Both the position numbers and the translations under genes were made by a program. Source: a virus. Taken from it: DNA of 64,000 bases. Positions 35,301-45,100 of the stretch are shown here, piece after piece. Numbering within the stretch: the first letter of the stretch is position 1; the number at the start of each line of letters is the position of its first letter. Below the pieces are notes generated by a model. It ran no database searches. It was not told the origin of the DNA and worked only from the letters and a program-made list of their open reading frames with translations. The DNA is taken from IMG/VR virus record IMGVR_UViG_3300012017_000779, positions 1 to 64,000 of that record; one strand, written 5' to 3'.

Positions 35301-36402
35301 ATCTAGATTCAGATATGGCTGCATTTATACTTCTTACATCTTGATAAAATCCACCTGCAGTTTTAAAAGCTGTAGCTAAATTAGTAAGATTAGATGTTTT
35401 AGCATTTTGAAATGATCTTCTAGCATTATTTACTGGATTAAGAAAAGAACCTACTGGAGTATCTAAAAGATAATTTGCATCTTTCCAAAATGAATTTGCA
35501 CTTTTTAAATTATTTAAAGACTGTACAGTTTGTACTGTATTTTCTGCATCTTTAGCAAACTTAAGTCCTTTTGCTGCTTTATATACATTACTTAAAGAAT
35601 TTTTTGTAGCTCCTAAAAAACTTAAACCTCCTGTTACCGGAGCCAAAAGACCAGCAGCAATTTCTTCAGTTACTATTTCAGAAATAATTCCTGCAGTATA
35701 ACCAAAGTTCATAAATGTATTACTAAAAAAAGGAACTAAACCTTTTTTAGTAGATGTACCAATAGCAGCTGCTTCTTCATATTCTCTAGCATCATCTAAA
35801 TCACCACTAGTAAAATCACCATGAACCATTTTTAATAAACTTTTTGGTCCAGCTACAAAACCTCTTGTAAATAATGGTACAAAAGAATGTGTTAATTGTC
35901 TACCAAAGTCTTGCCATGCAGAAGTGTTTTCATTAAAAGTAGATTCATTATCTTTCATAGGATTAAATCCTATTTTATCAAATGTTTCTGTTCCATATGC
36001 ATAGTATCTTTTAAAGTGTGCATTTCCACTACTTCCAGCATTATAAGAATATAATTTTGCAGTTGAACCTTTTTGTTCATGTGATTTTGATAAAGATGTT
36101 AAATAATTCTTAATTAAAGAAACTTTTTCTCTAGGATCTATACCTTTACTATTATATGCAATACCACCTTTTTTTGGAGGTGTGCCTACAATATATTTTC
36201 TTACATTTTTTGATTGATTAACTAAACCTTTTGGAACTAATGGATTTTCTAAAGCAGGAGGATTTGCTTTACCAAAATCAATTGGATCACCTTCAAATGG
36301 AGTATAATTTTTAGCATCTGGATTAAGAGAATTTATACTTCCAACAGCAGGTCCTAATGTATCAAGAGGATTAAAACCTTCTTCATTGTTATTTAATGCC
36401 AT
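29386..36402 (-). CDS. Large internal virion protein with PD-(D/E)XK nuclease and GNAT acetyltransferase domains
   Basis: 2338 aa; IAGEIDLIVVD...IIDIKT...QQAVY nuclease; GKGQGSKMF GNAT motif A; N-terminal Gly/Ala-rich amphipathic segments. Confidence 0.75.
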   Translation of the reverse strand: MALNNNEEGFNPLDTLGPAVGSINSLNPDAKNYTPFEGDPIDFGKANPPALENPLVPKGLVNQSKNVRKYIVGTPPKKGGIAYNSKGIDPREKVSLIKNYLTSLSKSHEQKGSTAKLYSYNAGSSGNAHFKRYYAYGTETFDKIGFNPMKDNESTFNENTSAWQDFGRQLTHSFVPLFTRGFVAGPKSLLKMVHGDFTSGDLDDAREYEEAAAIGTSTKKGLVPFFSNTFMNFGYTAGIISEIVTEEIAAGLLAPVTGGLSFLGATKNSLSNVYKAAKGLKFAKDAENTVQTVQSLNNLKSANSFWKDANYLLDTPVGSFLNPVNNARRSFQNAKTSNLTNLATAFKTAGGFYQDVRSINAAISESRLEAGMVQDKVYNNKYDQFYLRNKRAPTNEEQEDMTKVSVKSGLETFYKNAGLIYGTNKITFGNILNKGGIKNYFKNATQDIMNVSHKSFGTIGKVLYDKTAKQFLYQSSVGYQGFKNLAKSWMKQPLSKSVLGSIKYFKSNFSEGFQENAQEIIARANEKWYTDSYNSPYLKASLFNNAVNSINLKNNSGTPLSIYNEELNKEFSAQGFETFASGFFMGTLGGGMNKTFSLLQNAYGRIFDKAGYKAWTEQKEAVTNTLVNELNKIDINDLLSNRYVNAGSQDTLSLIKEQANTKESKDAELDSLINQVSTMIKTGSSEIFQDKLKSLRDVSDEALQEELKFDDLKDAERYRLKIDKTINKIDSIKEAYETVSENFPNPINNDNMPDRSDPNYVEAAALRNGWDVAVKNIVYANEAFKDVANRISSIKQTYLKNSTLKNVSSSKISPLFQVKLLADSINSFELELDMLKKGVKSKTSTTIESDKIKINDLEEEISTLKEFKTSYDAFNRFTNRSEYTKEVQEELQQDTEQDITAEDIEEKMSKLYGKEDDEEKMIELLSNLKKSHDSYLRTLAKAQDTNIFSTELDDAFVQLVDFYKLNKDSRNLASHIELLSDPENFYGLVRKNTEWSKRLYKNRKKYFRDLVKQEIANIESNALLNAMADEGLYMSANDYSDWQTLRTRPSEFFNSIDGEVYKIDTVKYNEIYDKYLSKDRDLKAKSKFSEVSNVIADYTEELVKLEEKKQNELDLLEKTVTQIPEESIELKGNAKSISIKNVDEILNNNSYIELTPKNSETTIILYKDDQGVLRYNDETGDVYDLNDKTRFTENKVYSEELIPDPIKVTEIENRYAKEKLDIIKNFETSKSLTDLEFEDPYIIGESDFKAMSDGLKDKLYKDFQTTLPSKTTEDKINAPDASSKAFQDWVNTDASAKTIIDEFNKDIELISEFTFQNNDKTVNTNDLSTNQIIAVVNEKSKELNKLREELSKLKEDDPNYNIKKLEIETLSEETKKLLKVNKSRSLQERTTPQKKVIKEIEKLIALNKSVQKDYVLTEDDPVTGLKKGDKAYLIDNLVHRRVTNAIQAYLEKYEYSSYKLVEKSYDDTIRKNGLNEASVDAFIKLLKDGGASGINDKLFTELSKDIKSFITSNVVNNKIESLNNQIKSLKEDIALSKKAKNKDRVKTLNADLKTLTAKLTALGTTDTKADIEYLGTPEISKIEIGTINNIVINGDLYQFKTKDGLISGVMISPTEFRIDGISANEVGKGQGSKMFETLIRYLKAKGVKTLKTESAGEGAIKMHNKAVDKGLLTKVKEDGRFAIFTINNTELAALDTTVETDINNEELFDKVLNLISEKSYEDGRVAGNYVDLIKDYFQYGKKPEFDEKIISKKAYEELFNDDTGYIVQLGKKFKDEGYYIVGNNLVVWDSNIVTEEGKKDRIAGEIDLIVVDKKGNAFIIDIKTGSKSKWTNFNSLTNSFDNKKYSKRNEYTLQQAVYRELLKRQTGVETEIGLLPIERESDKETDQIISAKKPLAAGLAKEVIYEFDDDGKVKKNKFKDPKGDKDFEEKIFKTGPNNAINDVFIPLSLESVAEEIDDLLAPKDDEGAQSFSFESPDIKQTSQEVQLLKNKNAVIINSYKKDLENSQISLDKLENILKSITIPDISNIAISNAFIADRLKVSEDGDNKFKNYYDKHKSFEDSTKPPHENQLMAAKILNATKIITDVEYQSIESQDLNMAEVSELIHNAVIRIEYLIANDTSNAQEFKVYQKTLFSYMGQSSFHMNLQDTVNVLGNLNKTNYNSLLTNEILKLTNKLQYAKIDFQKKNILGSIEKLTNLKDNLLSLYGEVKEEFVSPIEVNSRYFKNNKDYTQVTVMKVDGDKITIKGNRKNSKESIVNTKDLLNKDLYLTSEDIENLKSEESTYEANESEKTILKEVQNTTDTFINSTEDKNKATEIGLKDNITKIEDDLLTKIKNCQ
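31313..31733 (-). repeat. 25-bp imperfect direct repeats flanking the GNAT domain
   Basis: GTTGTATCTAAAGCAGCTAGTTCTG (31313-31337) vs GTAGTACCTAAAGCAGTTAGTTTTG (31709-31733), 396 bp apart and in frame. Confidence 0.65.
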
Positions 36403-39388
36403 AACTATTCATTTGTTGAAAAGTAGTAAAATAATCATCTTTAAGATTTGGAAAAAATTCATTAACTAATGAATTTCTAAATTCAGTTAATTGATTTCCA
36501 TAAACAGTTGAACTTTCAGTAAAAGTTTCAATTGTTTTTTTACCAGTATTAGGATCAATAAAAGGAAAAGTACCTGTTACAGTAAAATCACTTGGACCTC
36601 CTAAACTTTTATTAATTTGAAATTTATAATCATTATCTGTAAGATCTTCATATTTATATGGTTTACCTCTACTAATATTTGCAGCAAGAGGATCTTCAAA
36701 ATAATCTTTATACATTTGACTTTCCATTTCTTTATTTTTCATCATATATGTAATACCATTTTTTAACATTAAATCTGCTTGATTTTGACTTAATATTCCT
36801 GATTTTTTAACTGAACCATCAGTATTTAATTGACGAGTATTTTCAGTAATCCACTCTATATCAGGTTTTAAAATATAACCTCCTATATCACTTTTACTAC
36901 CTGCAGTAGGTAATACAGTAAGTTTAACTACTCCAAATTTACTTTTAGGATTATCAATATCTGCTCTAAACTTATTTAATATTTGTAAACCTAAGTCATT
37001 TCTTTTAAAATCAGATCCAGCTTTATCATAAGCATTGGCACTATAACCCATAAAAGAAACTCTATCAGTTTTAGAATTTTGCCAGTCAAATTTATCTAAA
37101 TCATACATGGCTTCTCCCCAATAAGTTCTACCAACAGGATTATTAGGATGTACAACAATTGAACTTAGTGCATCTACTGCTATTCCAGTACCAGTTCCAC
37201 GTAAACCAGCATCATTATTTTTTAAAAAGTCACTATCACTATATAATTTATTAGCTCTTGTATTAAAAAAGTCATACTCTTCATAATCTCCACCTTCAGA
37301 TCTACCAATACCTGGTATCATATCTTTAGCCTTTTCCCAATAAGATCTTCCATCATAAGTATATTTTCCTGCTTTTGCTAATGCAGCAAAGTATTCATCT
37401 TTTGTTCTTTTGTTGCCACTTTCATCAAATAAATATTGAACATTACCTCTATTTTCACCAGTAAGTTCATTCATTATTTTACTTTCAATAAGTTTTGATG
37501 TTTTTATTTTCCACTTTTCAGTTTCATCTAAATATCTAAAAGTGTCATCTAATACTAATTTACCAGCTACATACTGTTTATATGGTTCATTATCTTTTTG
37601 AAATGTAGTAAAAGTACTATCTCCTTTATGATTCGAAATATAATTATTAAATTTATTTACAATTTTTTTAAGATCATTGTCACCAATTCTATTTGTTAAA
37701 TACCAATTTATTGATTTATCATCTTTTATTTGTTTGTCAAATGCATCTAAAGTAACTTTTTTATTTTTACTATAACTTAAAATTTCAGTAGCTTCTGCTT
37801 GACTCATTTTATTACTAGAAACTAAATCATTTAACATATGAGTCATGTTCTTTAATACACCTTGAGCATTATTTTCACCAATAAGCATTTGTGTATCTAC
37901 TTTCATTTTTTGATAATACTTATTTGTTTCATCTGTAACACTACCAGTTTTAAGTGAACCTTTGGGTTCAGAAAAAGTTTGATTTTGATTTTTATATTTT
38001 GCAAAAACTATATTACCATCAGCATCATTAGTCATATAACCTTGTTTAGTATCAACTAAATATTTACCATAAGCAGCTTCTTTCTCAGCAGCAGCTTTAA
38101 TATTTGCTGCTTTTACTGTAGCATTAGCTCTTGTACGTGCTGCACTCATAGTTGCTGCATTTCTTTGAGCAACAAGACGGCTTTCTAATTGATTTTTATA
38201 ATCTGCAAGTTTATATTGATCAACTTTAACATCAGTCTTCATATTTTTTAAAGCAAATAAATTAGCATCTTCTAAAAATTGTTTTTGCATTAAAGCAGCT
38301 GCCATTCCATTATCTACTTTCCATTTTAAAGATTTTACATCACCATAAGGATTTTTAAATTTACCATCAGCATCAACAGTTTCTTTCATGATGTCAGCAT
38401 TTGTTTTTGCTCTATTTAATACTTTAGTATTTATGTCTTTATTTAATTTAAGTTGAGCAATTTCTTTATCAATATTTGGTCCTCCTTTATTTTCTTTTTT
38501 TTGTTTTTCTAAGTCTAGTAACTGAGCATCATAATTTGTATTGACTTCATTTAAATGATCATACTGAGCAATAGATTGATCTTTAAGAACAGTAAACTTG
38601 TCTTCTAAATATTTCATTTCTGCCTTATTCTTATCTCCTCCAAACTGTGCTGCATTAGTTACACCATATCTTTTTCTATCTACATATGCTTTAGTTCTAA
38701 ACCAATCTTGTACTCCTGGATCATCACCAAGACTAGCTTCATATAATTTATATAACGGTTCAACTAACTTTTCACCATTAGTTGTTGTTATTATATAACC
38801 ATTCTTAAACTCAGGTGCAAATTGTACATTTCCAAAGTCTTTAGTAATTTTACTAAGTTCTGCAGTAATATCTCTGTTAGGAGTATAGTTTGATATTTCA
38901 ATATTTCCAGCTTCTTCATCAGTAGCATCTTTAAATTCTTGTAATTCAAACTTAATTTTATCTACTCCTTCACTCCAATATTTTTTATTTTGTATTGGAT
39001 CAATTTTACTTAAGTAACCTTCACCAAGAGAAATTTGAGATTTAGCTTTTTTGGTTTTAACCATGTCAGACATTAAAGCAGCATCTTCATAAAAAGGTTT
39101 AAATATTTGAGAAGCTTGATTAACATTTTGTTCTAAAGATAAATCTAACTGTGATACTCTTTTTAAATTAAATTCAATGTCTTTTAAATATGTGTCTCTT
39201 TTTTTTATATTATTATCTCTTGTTAAATCAGCATTATAGTATTCACTATACATACTATTTAAAGCCTTCCAATTACTATCATATTGAGACTGTTTAGTCT
39301 GCATAATATTTTGATAGAAATTGTAGTCAGGCTCAAAAGGCTGAAATTGAGGAATGTAATCTGTGACACCTTGGATGTACGTTGCCAT
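36389..39388 (-). CDS. Internal virion (cargo) protein
   Basis: 999 aa, Cys-free, helical; first gene of the giant-protein cluster. Confidence 0.65.
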   Translation of the reverse strand: MATYIQGVTDYIPQFQPFEPDYNFYQNIMQTKQSQYDSNWKALNSMYSEYYNADLTRDNNIKKRDTYLKDIEFNLKRVSQLDLSLEQNVNQASQIFKPFYEDAALMSDMVKTKKAKSQISLGEGYLSKIDPIQNKKYWSEGVDKIKFELQEFKDATDEEAGNIEISNYTPNRDITAELSKITKDFGNVQFAPEFKNGYIITTTNGEKLVEPLYKLYEASLGDDPGVQDWFRTKAYVDRKRYGVTNAAQFGGDKNKAEMKYLEDKFTVLKDQSIAQYDHLNEVNTNYDAQLLDLEKQKKENKGGPNIDKEIAQLKLNKDINTKVLNRAKTNADIMKETVDADGKFKNPYGDVKSLKWKVDNGMAAALMQKQFLEDANLFALKNMKTDVKVDQYKLADYKNQLESRLVAQRNAATMSAARTRANATVKAANIKAAAEKEAAYGKYLVDTKQGYMTNDADGNIVFAKYKNQNQTFSEPKGSLKTGSVTDETNKYYQKMKVDTQMLIGENNAQGVLKNMTHMLNDLVSSNKMSQAEATEILSYSKNKKVTLDAFDKQIKDDKSINWYLTNRIGDNDLKKIVNKFNNYISNHKGDSTFTTFQKDNEPYKQYVAGKLVLDDTFRYLDETEKWKIKTSKLIESKIMNELTGENRGNVQYLFDESGNKRTKDEYFAALAKAGKYTYDGRSYWEKAKDMIPGIGRSEGGDYEEYDFFNTRANKLYSDSDFLKNNDAGLRGTGTGIAVDALSSIVVHPNNPVGRTYWGEAMYDLDKFDWQNSKTDRVSFMGYSANAYDKAGSDFKRNDLGLQILNKFRADIDNPKSKFGVVKLTVLPTAGSKSDIGGYILKPDIEWITENTRQLNTDGSVKKSGILSQNQADLMLKNGITYMMKNKEMESQMYKDYFEDPLAANISRGKPYKYEDLTDNDYKFQINKSLGGPSDFTVTGTFPFIDPNTGKKTIETFTESSTVYGNQLTEFRNSLVNEFFPNLKDDYFTTFQQMNSYGIK

Positions 39389-39401
39389 AATTTATCTTTA
39401 T

Positions 39402-39444
39402 CTATATTGTAAATATATTAAAATTTTATAAGTTTAATAAACTT
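39402..39444 (-). promoter_or_regulatory. Putative phage promoter with upstream palindrome
   Basis: - strand AAGTTT-ATT-AAACTT palindrome then TTTTAATATATTTACAATATAG upstream of the ATG at 39388. Confidence 0.5.
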
Positions 39445-39459
39445 TAAAAATTTAGTTGG

Positions 39460-42108
39460 TTAATAATTAGGATATACTGTATAAACATAACCTCCATACT
39501 CAAAGGATTCACCACCATATTTATGATTGTCCATATAAATTTTAATACAATTGTTTAAAGCATTACCTGATTGATCTTTACAATGTTCTTCTGCATCTTC
39601 ATAAGTATTTTTTCTTTTTGTACTATCAAGTGTTTTATCAGTTGGAGTATATGTTACTCTTCCACCTGGTCCAGCATCAGTTTGATAGTTAGGATACATT
39701 TGATTAAGAGCATCAGTTTTCCATTTATTAGTTACTGCAGTATTATAAGCATTTCTTAAGTTTTGTCTACCTTGTAACTTAGCATTATCAAACTGTTGAT
39801 TAGCAATAGTATTTTTATCAAAAACTCTATTTGCCATTTGTTGGTTTAACATAGATTCTTGATTTCTTATACCTACTTGTGTACCTTCAAACTGGTTTGC
39901 TATGTTTACATTCTGATTATTTATATTACTCAAAGTATTTGCAGCTTGTGCAGCAGCATTTCCTTGAGTTGCAGCATTTCTGGCACCTAATCCTTGAGCA
40001 CCTGCAAAAGATGCAGAAGCTTGAGAAGCAATATTTGCTTGTTCAGATTGTGCACCTAATTCTCTTGTAGGATCTAAAAATGTAGGTCTTGGTTCTTCAA
40101 GATCAACTCTTGCTTCCCATGGCATATACTTTTTAATACTTGCTAAATCAGATACAGCACCCATAGTATTTACATTATCTTGTAACCACCATTCAGCAGG
40201 TTTTCTTTCACCAGGTACAACTTTATCAGTAGTTGTAGTAGTTGAATCTTCTTTAGTTTTTTCTTCTGTAGTTTTTGTTGTTTCATAACATGATGCATCA
40301 TCAGCTATACAATTTCCATCTTTATCTACTGGAGCTTTTTTAGTATTACCTTGAGCATCTTTATATATACTACCATCAGTTTTTTTACAAAGACAAGGAT
40401 CTTTTGCTTCATCTGGTAACTTTTCAAAATCAAAATTTATAGGTGTTCTTGAAGATGTAAAAGCTCCAAAATCAGAATCAATTCCTTGTCCTGATGTGTT
40501 GTCAAAACCAAAATCACTTATAAGACTAGACTTTAAATTAGTTAATTCATTTTCAGTATAGGCTGGTCTTCCAGAAGCAACTTTTTTAGCATTAAGTTCT
40601 TTTACTTTATTAGGTATATAATCATTATTAATCCAAGTTTGAAATTCTTTAACTTTAGGATTATTTTTTCCTGGTCCACCTGGCTTATTTATTTCTTCTA
40701 ATAATTCAGCATATTCTGGATATACTCCATCCCATTTAGCAAAACTTGTTAAGTTTTTTTCAGCATTTCCAAAACCTATTTTAGAAGGTTTTTGAACATC
40801 CTCATATTCATCAACACCAACAGCTTCATCATTAAGTTTAATACCATATTCTTTAGTATAATCAGTTTTTGACTGTTGTTTTGTTTTATTTTTTTTATCA
40901 CCAGGACCACCTACAACATACTTAGGCATACCACCATAAGCCATTTCATATGGATCATCATAAAAAGGCATATCATAGCCACCCATAGACATACCATAAG
41001 CTGCCATAGGAGCTTGTTGCATCTGTCTTGGATCTTGTTCTTGTCCACCTTGCATTTGTTGCATAACACCCATTACAAGTTGTTGTACTTGATCTTCAGG
41101 CATTCCTAATTCTACAAAAATTTGTGCAATTGCTTCAGGAGGAACTTGACCTTGCAATAACTCAACAGTTAACTCTTCAGGTTCAGCACCTTGTTGTAAA
41201 GCCTCTGCAACTTGTTGCATAATCTGCATCATTTGTTGATCTTGACCACCTTGTTGTGGTTGCTGTTGAGCTTGTTGTTGTTGCATCATCATCATTTCTT
41301 CTTCAGATGGTTGTTGCATTCCTTCTTGAGCTCTTCTTAATCTTCTCATTCCACCATATCTCATCATTTCTTCTTGTGATTGTGCAGTTGGTTCACCATT
41401 AGGCATTTCCATAACTTCTTCTTCCTCTTCTTGAGGCATGTTATTATTATTAGATTGCTGTTGACCTTTTGGATTTTCTTTTTTAGGAATTAAATCTTCT
41501 TCAGTAATACCATTAGCTTCCATGTATGGTTCAGATAATTTAGGGATTCCTTGAGGAAATCCTTTTTTAGATTCCTGAGCAAGAGCAAGAGCACCTAATT
41601 TAATAACATAATTTTTAATCATCATTTCAGCAGTTTTTATATCTAACTTATCTGAATTACGATCTTGTAAAATTTCTCTATATCTATTTATATCAAATTT
41701 TTTAGACATTTCTGCAGGAGTATAACCACCTTTTTTTGTAGGCATGTTAAACATTTTTAATAATACCGGATCATTAATCATCATAGCTTTGGTATCACTA
41801 AAAATAAAACTATCATCTGGAAGATTTAATGGTACACCACCTTTAGTATGTCTTGGACCTTCTATATTAAAAAATGAAGGAATTTTACTGCCATCTATAT
41901 TACCTATTACAGTTTCTCCACCTTCAGCTTCTAAGTTAGCATCTTTTCTAGGTACCGCAGTTATACTTTTAGTAACCTTGATATTAGAATGATCTTTAAA
42001 ATTAGTGTTGCTATCACCAAATGATGACACATCATTTTTTAAAGAACCATCTACTTGATAGCCAACTTTTGCTTTTGGTAAAGATTTTATTCTTACTTTA
42101 TAGTACAT
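39460..42108 (-). CDS. Cargo/internal virion protein with Q/M-rich region and xxxGG motifs
   Basis: 882 aa; EAEGGE...GPRHTKGGVP...FIFSD N-terminal domain typical of crAss-like cargo proteins; repeated YGG motifs. Confidence 0.65.
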   Translation of the reverse strand: MYYKVRIKSLPKAKVGYQVDGSLKNDVSSFGDSNTNFKDHSNIKVTKSITAVPRKDANLEAEGGETVIGNIDGSKIPSFFNIEGPRHTKGGVPLNLPDDSFIFSDTKAMMINDPVLLKMFNMPTKKGGYTPAEMSKKFDINRYREILQDRNSDKLDIKTAEMMIKNYVIKLGALALAQESKKGFPQGIPKLSEPYMEANGITEEDLIPKKENPKGQQQSNNNNMPQEEEEEVMEMPNGEPTAQSQEEMMRYGGMRRLRRAQEGMQQPSEEEMMMMQQQQAQQQPQQGGQDQQMMQIMQQVAEALQQGAEPEELTVELLQGQVPPEAIAQIFVELGMPEDQVQQLVMGVMQQMQGGQEQDPRQMQQAPMAAYGMSMGGYDMPFYDDPYEMAYGGMPKYVVGGPGDKKNKTKQQSKTDYTKEYGIKLNDEAVGVDEYEDVQKPSKIGFGNAEKNLTSFAKWDGVYPEYAELLEEINKPGGPGKNNPKVKEFQTWINNDYIPNKVKELNAKKVASGRPAYTENELTNLKSSLISDFGFDNTSGQGIDSDFGAFTSSRTPINFDFEKLPDEAKDPCLCKKTDGSIYKDAQGNTKKAPVDKDGNCIADDASCYETTKTTEEKTKEDSTTTTTDKVVPGERKPAEWWLQDNVNTMGAVSDLASIKKYMPWEARVDLEEPRPTFLDPTRELGAQSEQANIASQASASFAGAQGLGARNAATQGNAAAQAANTLSNINNQNVNIANQFEGTQVGIRNQESMLNQQMANRVFDKNTIANQQFDNAKLQGRQNLRNAYNTAVTNKWKTDALNQMYPNYQTDAGPGGRVTYTPTDKTLDSTKRKNTYEDAEEHCKDQSGNALNNCIKIYMDNHKYGGESFEYGGYVYTVYPNY

Positions 42109-42118
42109 AATTAATTAT

Positions 42119-45100
42119 TTATAAAAATTCAACTTGTCCACCTTCTGCCATAAAAGCTCTAATTTGATCTTCAGACATGTATGTTATTTTTTCACCACCC
42201 TCAGCATAAGTTAATTCATCTTCTTCATCTTCTTCTGTATAAGGATCATAATATTCTTCTTCATCTATGTATCCACCATATTGTGCAGATCTACTGTTCC
42301 ACATTTGACCTTGTTCATCAGGTCTATATAATCCTGAATTAGTATCATAATCTCCTTTATCTCTACTAGGATCAGAAGCATAAAGATTATTAGAACTTAA
42401 GTTTTCATACATTTCATTTTCTTTTTTTCTACTTTCTATATTTTTTCTTATACCATCTATAACATCTACACCTGCATTAAATGTTTGTAGTCTTGCTTCA
42501 TTTTTTGATGTATCAGCATTAGCACCAAAAGCAAGGTCTTTTTTATTTTCTACATCAACAGCATACATATCATTAAAGGATGGTTTATCTTCATTTATTT
42601 GAAGATTTCCACTTTTATCTTTTATAACTCCAGGTTTTTCACCAGTCAATGGATTTCTATAATCTTTATCTATTACTCCTGGTTGTTTTATATCTTGAAT
42701 ATTATTTCCAAAGTCAGATCCTGTAGATCTTTTTTTAACAACTTTACCCATAAAATCTACACAATCTCCAGCTGCATTTTTAGTAGAACCCATTGGACAT
42801 TCTCCTGGACTCATAGAAGTTTGAAAACCATCTTCTGCTCTAGGAAGAAACATATCTAAATTACCACCATATTGCATTTCAGTATTTCTTGGTCCTGATG
42901 TATTAATTAATTGATCAGATGAAAAAGGAATTCCTTGTAATTCTTTTGATTGAGTATTTCTTAATTGATTCATTGTATCCTGATTAGATTTAATATCTAA
43001 TCTTCCTGTATTACGATAAGGATGATCTAAAGGAAAATCTGCATAAGGATCATATTTTTTAATTGGCTTACCACCTATTGGATTACCATATTCATCTAAA
43101 CCTTGCATTCTAAGTTTTAAATTATTTATAAAACCATAACCTTGTCTTCCAGATCTTTGATTTTTATTATTTTCTCTAGTATCTTCAGGATAATTATCTC
43201 TAACTGGTTTTTTTGCACCTTGACAATTTGGTGAATTAGGAAAATCTAAACAATATCTATCACGACCTCTTTGAGAAGCATCAGTACCTTTTGATGTAGT
43301 AATAGGTTGACCAGATTGACCATTAAAATACATAGTATATTTTTTTGGTCTACCTGACCAGAATCTAGTTTTATCTACATTTATACTAGATAAGTTACCC
43401 ATATTAATAGGCATAACAATTGTCTTTCCTGTTCTTGGATCATAAACTCTTTGAATTTCATTTCTATAAGTTCTTTGTGGACTTAATATATTTCCGGGAA
43501 AATAATTTTCAATAAATTTTCTAACTCCACCACCTCTTTGAAAATAAGGATCAGTTGTATCTATAGAATTTGAATAATCCATATCTTGTTGAGTAGGATC
43601 ATAACCACCTTGATTAAATTCATATAAATCAGGATTCTCACTATCTACAAAACCTCCATTTTCAAGATTAGGATCAAAAAATCTTCCAAGTCTTTCCATA
43701 AATGATGGATCTCTATAATAATAATCAGATTTCTTTTTTGTTTTTTTAGTAGTAGTTTTCTTTTTATTAGTAGTTGTAAATTTAGGAATTTGATTTTCAG
43801 GAATTATAACTTTATTTTTTTTAATTTCTATTAAAGTAGGAGAAGAATTTCTTTTTACTTCTGGTTTATAAACACTACTTATTATTGGTGTATTTGCTAC
43901 AGTTGCATTTGGATTAACTGTTGCTTGTGTAATTACTTCTTTAGAAGTACCCGTTGGTAAAGTTGAAAATTTTCCTGGTTGTAAATAATCAGGTATTTTA
44001 TCACTATTAGCATCTGTTGTAAAAAAACCATGAGGTAAAAGTGTACCTTGTTTTGGTAAGTCTGTACTTTGAGATTTATTTATTATAGTTGCAACAGTAC
44101 TTGACACTGTACTTTGTGAAGATTTAACAACAGGTTTTTGTGATACTACATCTGGATTATTTCCATTAGCAATATCTACAAGTGGAGAATATCCATAAAA
44201 ATCTATTCTATATTTACTTGGTTTTCCTGTTAACCAATTTGATTTTCTAACATCTACACTATAAGAAGGATGATCATAAGAATGCATTTCATTATTGCTA
44301 TTTTCATTTCTTCTTGGAAAACAATTTGTTTGTCCATTTTCATCTTCAAAACATGTATTGTTTCTTTCATTAAATTGTCCTTTAACAGCATAATCAGTTG
44401 CATCTACATAACCATCTTTATTATAATCTCCTTCTTCAAATGTTGTTGTAGGATAATCATTAACATTAAAATAATCTATATTATCTTCTCTATCTCTTCT
44501 ATTTTGACCTGTTATAAAATCTTTTAATTGGTTTGCTCTATATTTCAACTCATTACCACGAACAACTTTAGGATCTCTTGAACCTGCAGAACCACCTCTT
44601 CTCATCATATCATTTTGAGGTTGCATTTGTTGTTGCATCATTTGATCATATTCTTGTTCAGCTTGTTGTTTTAAGTTAAACATTTCTGTTTCTTTCTTTA
44701 AACTACTTATAAAATTATTTAGTTTTTGTTTTCTAATTTTTTTACCAGTAGGATCTCCTGCTTCAGGATCTTCATCAGATTTTTTTTCTTCACCACCTTC
44801 TGCTTTTTTTGCTAATTTTAAAATAGAATTAACATAAACTCTTTTATTTCTTTTATAATTTCCTCCCATTTTCATTTCAGGAGGTGCATCTAAAGCATAT
44901 TCACTAGATACATCAGATTCTTCTTCTTCTTCTTCAGAATTATCTTCATTTTCATATTCACTATTTTGATTTATATCTTTACTAGCATAATGATTATAAT
45001 ACATTCCTGTTGCAGGATCTACAGTTCCATTTAACATATCTGCCATATTATATGGTAAATAAGTTTCTATTTCTGGAAATACTATACCAGGAGCAGTAGG

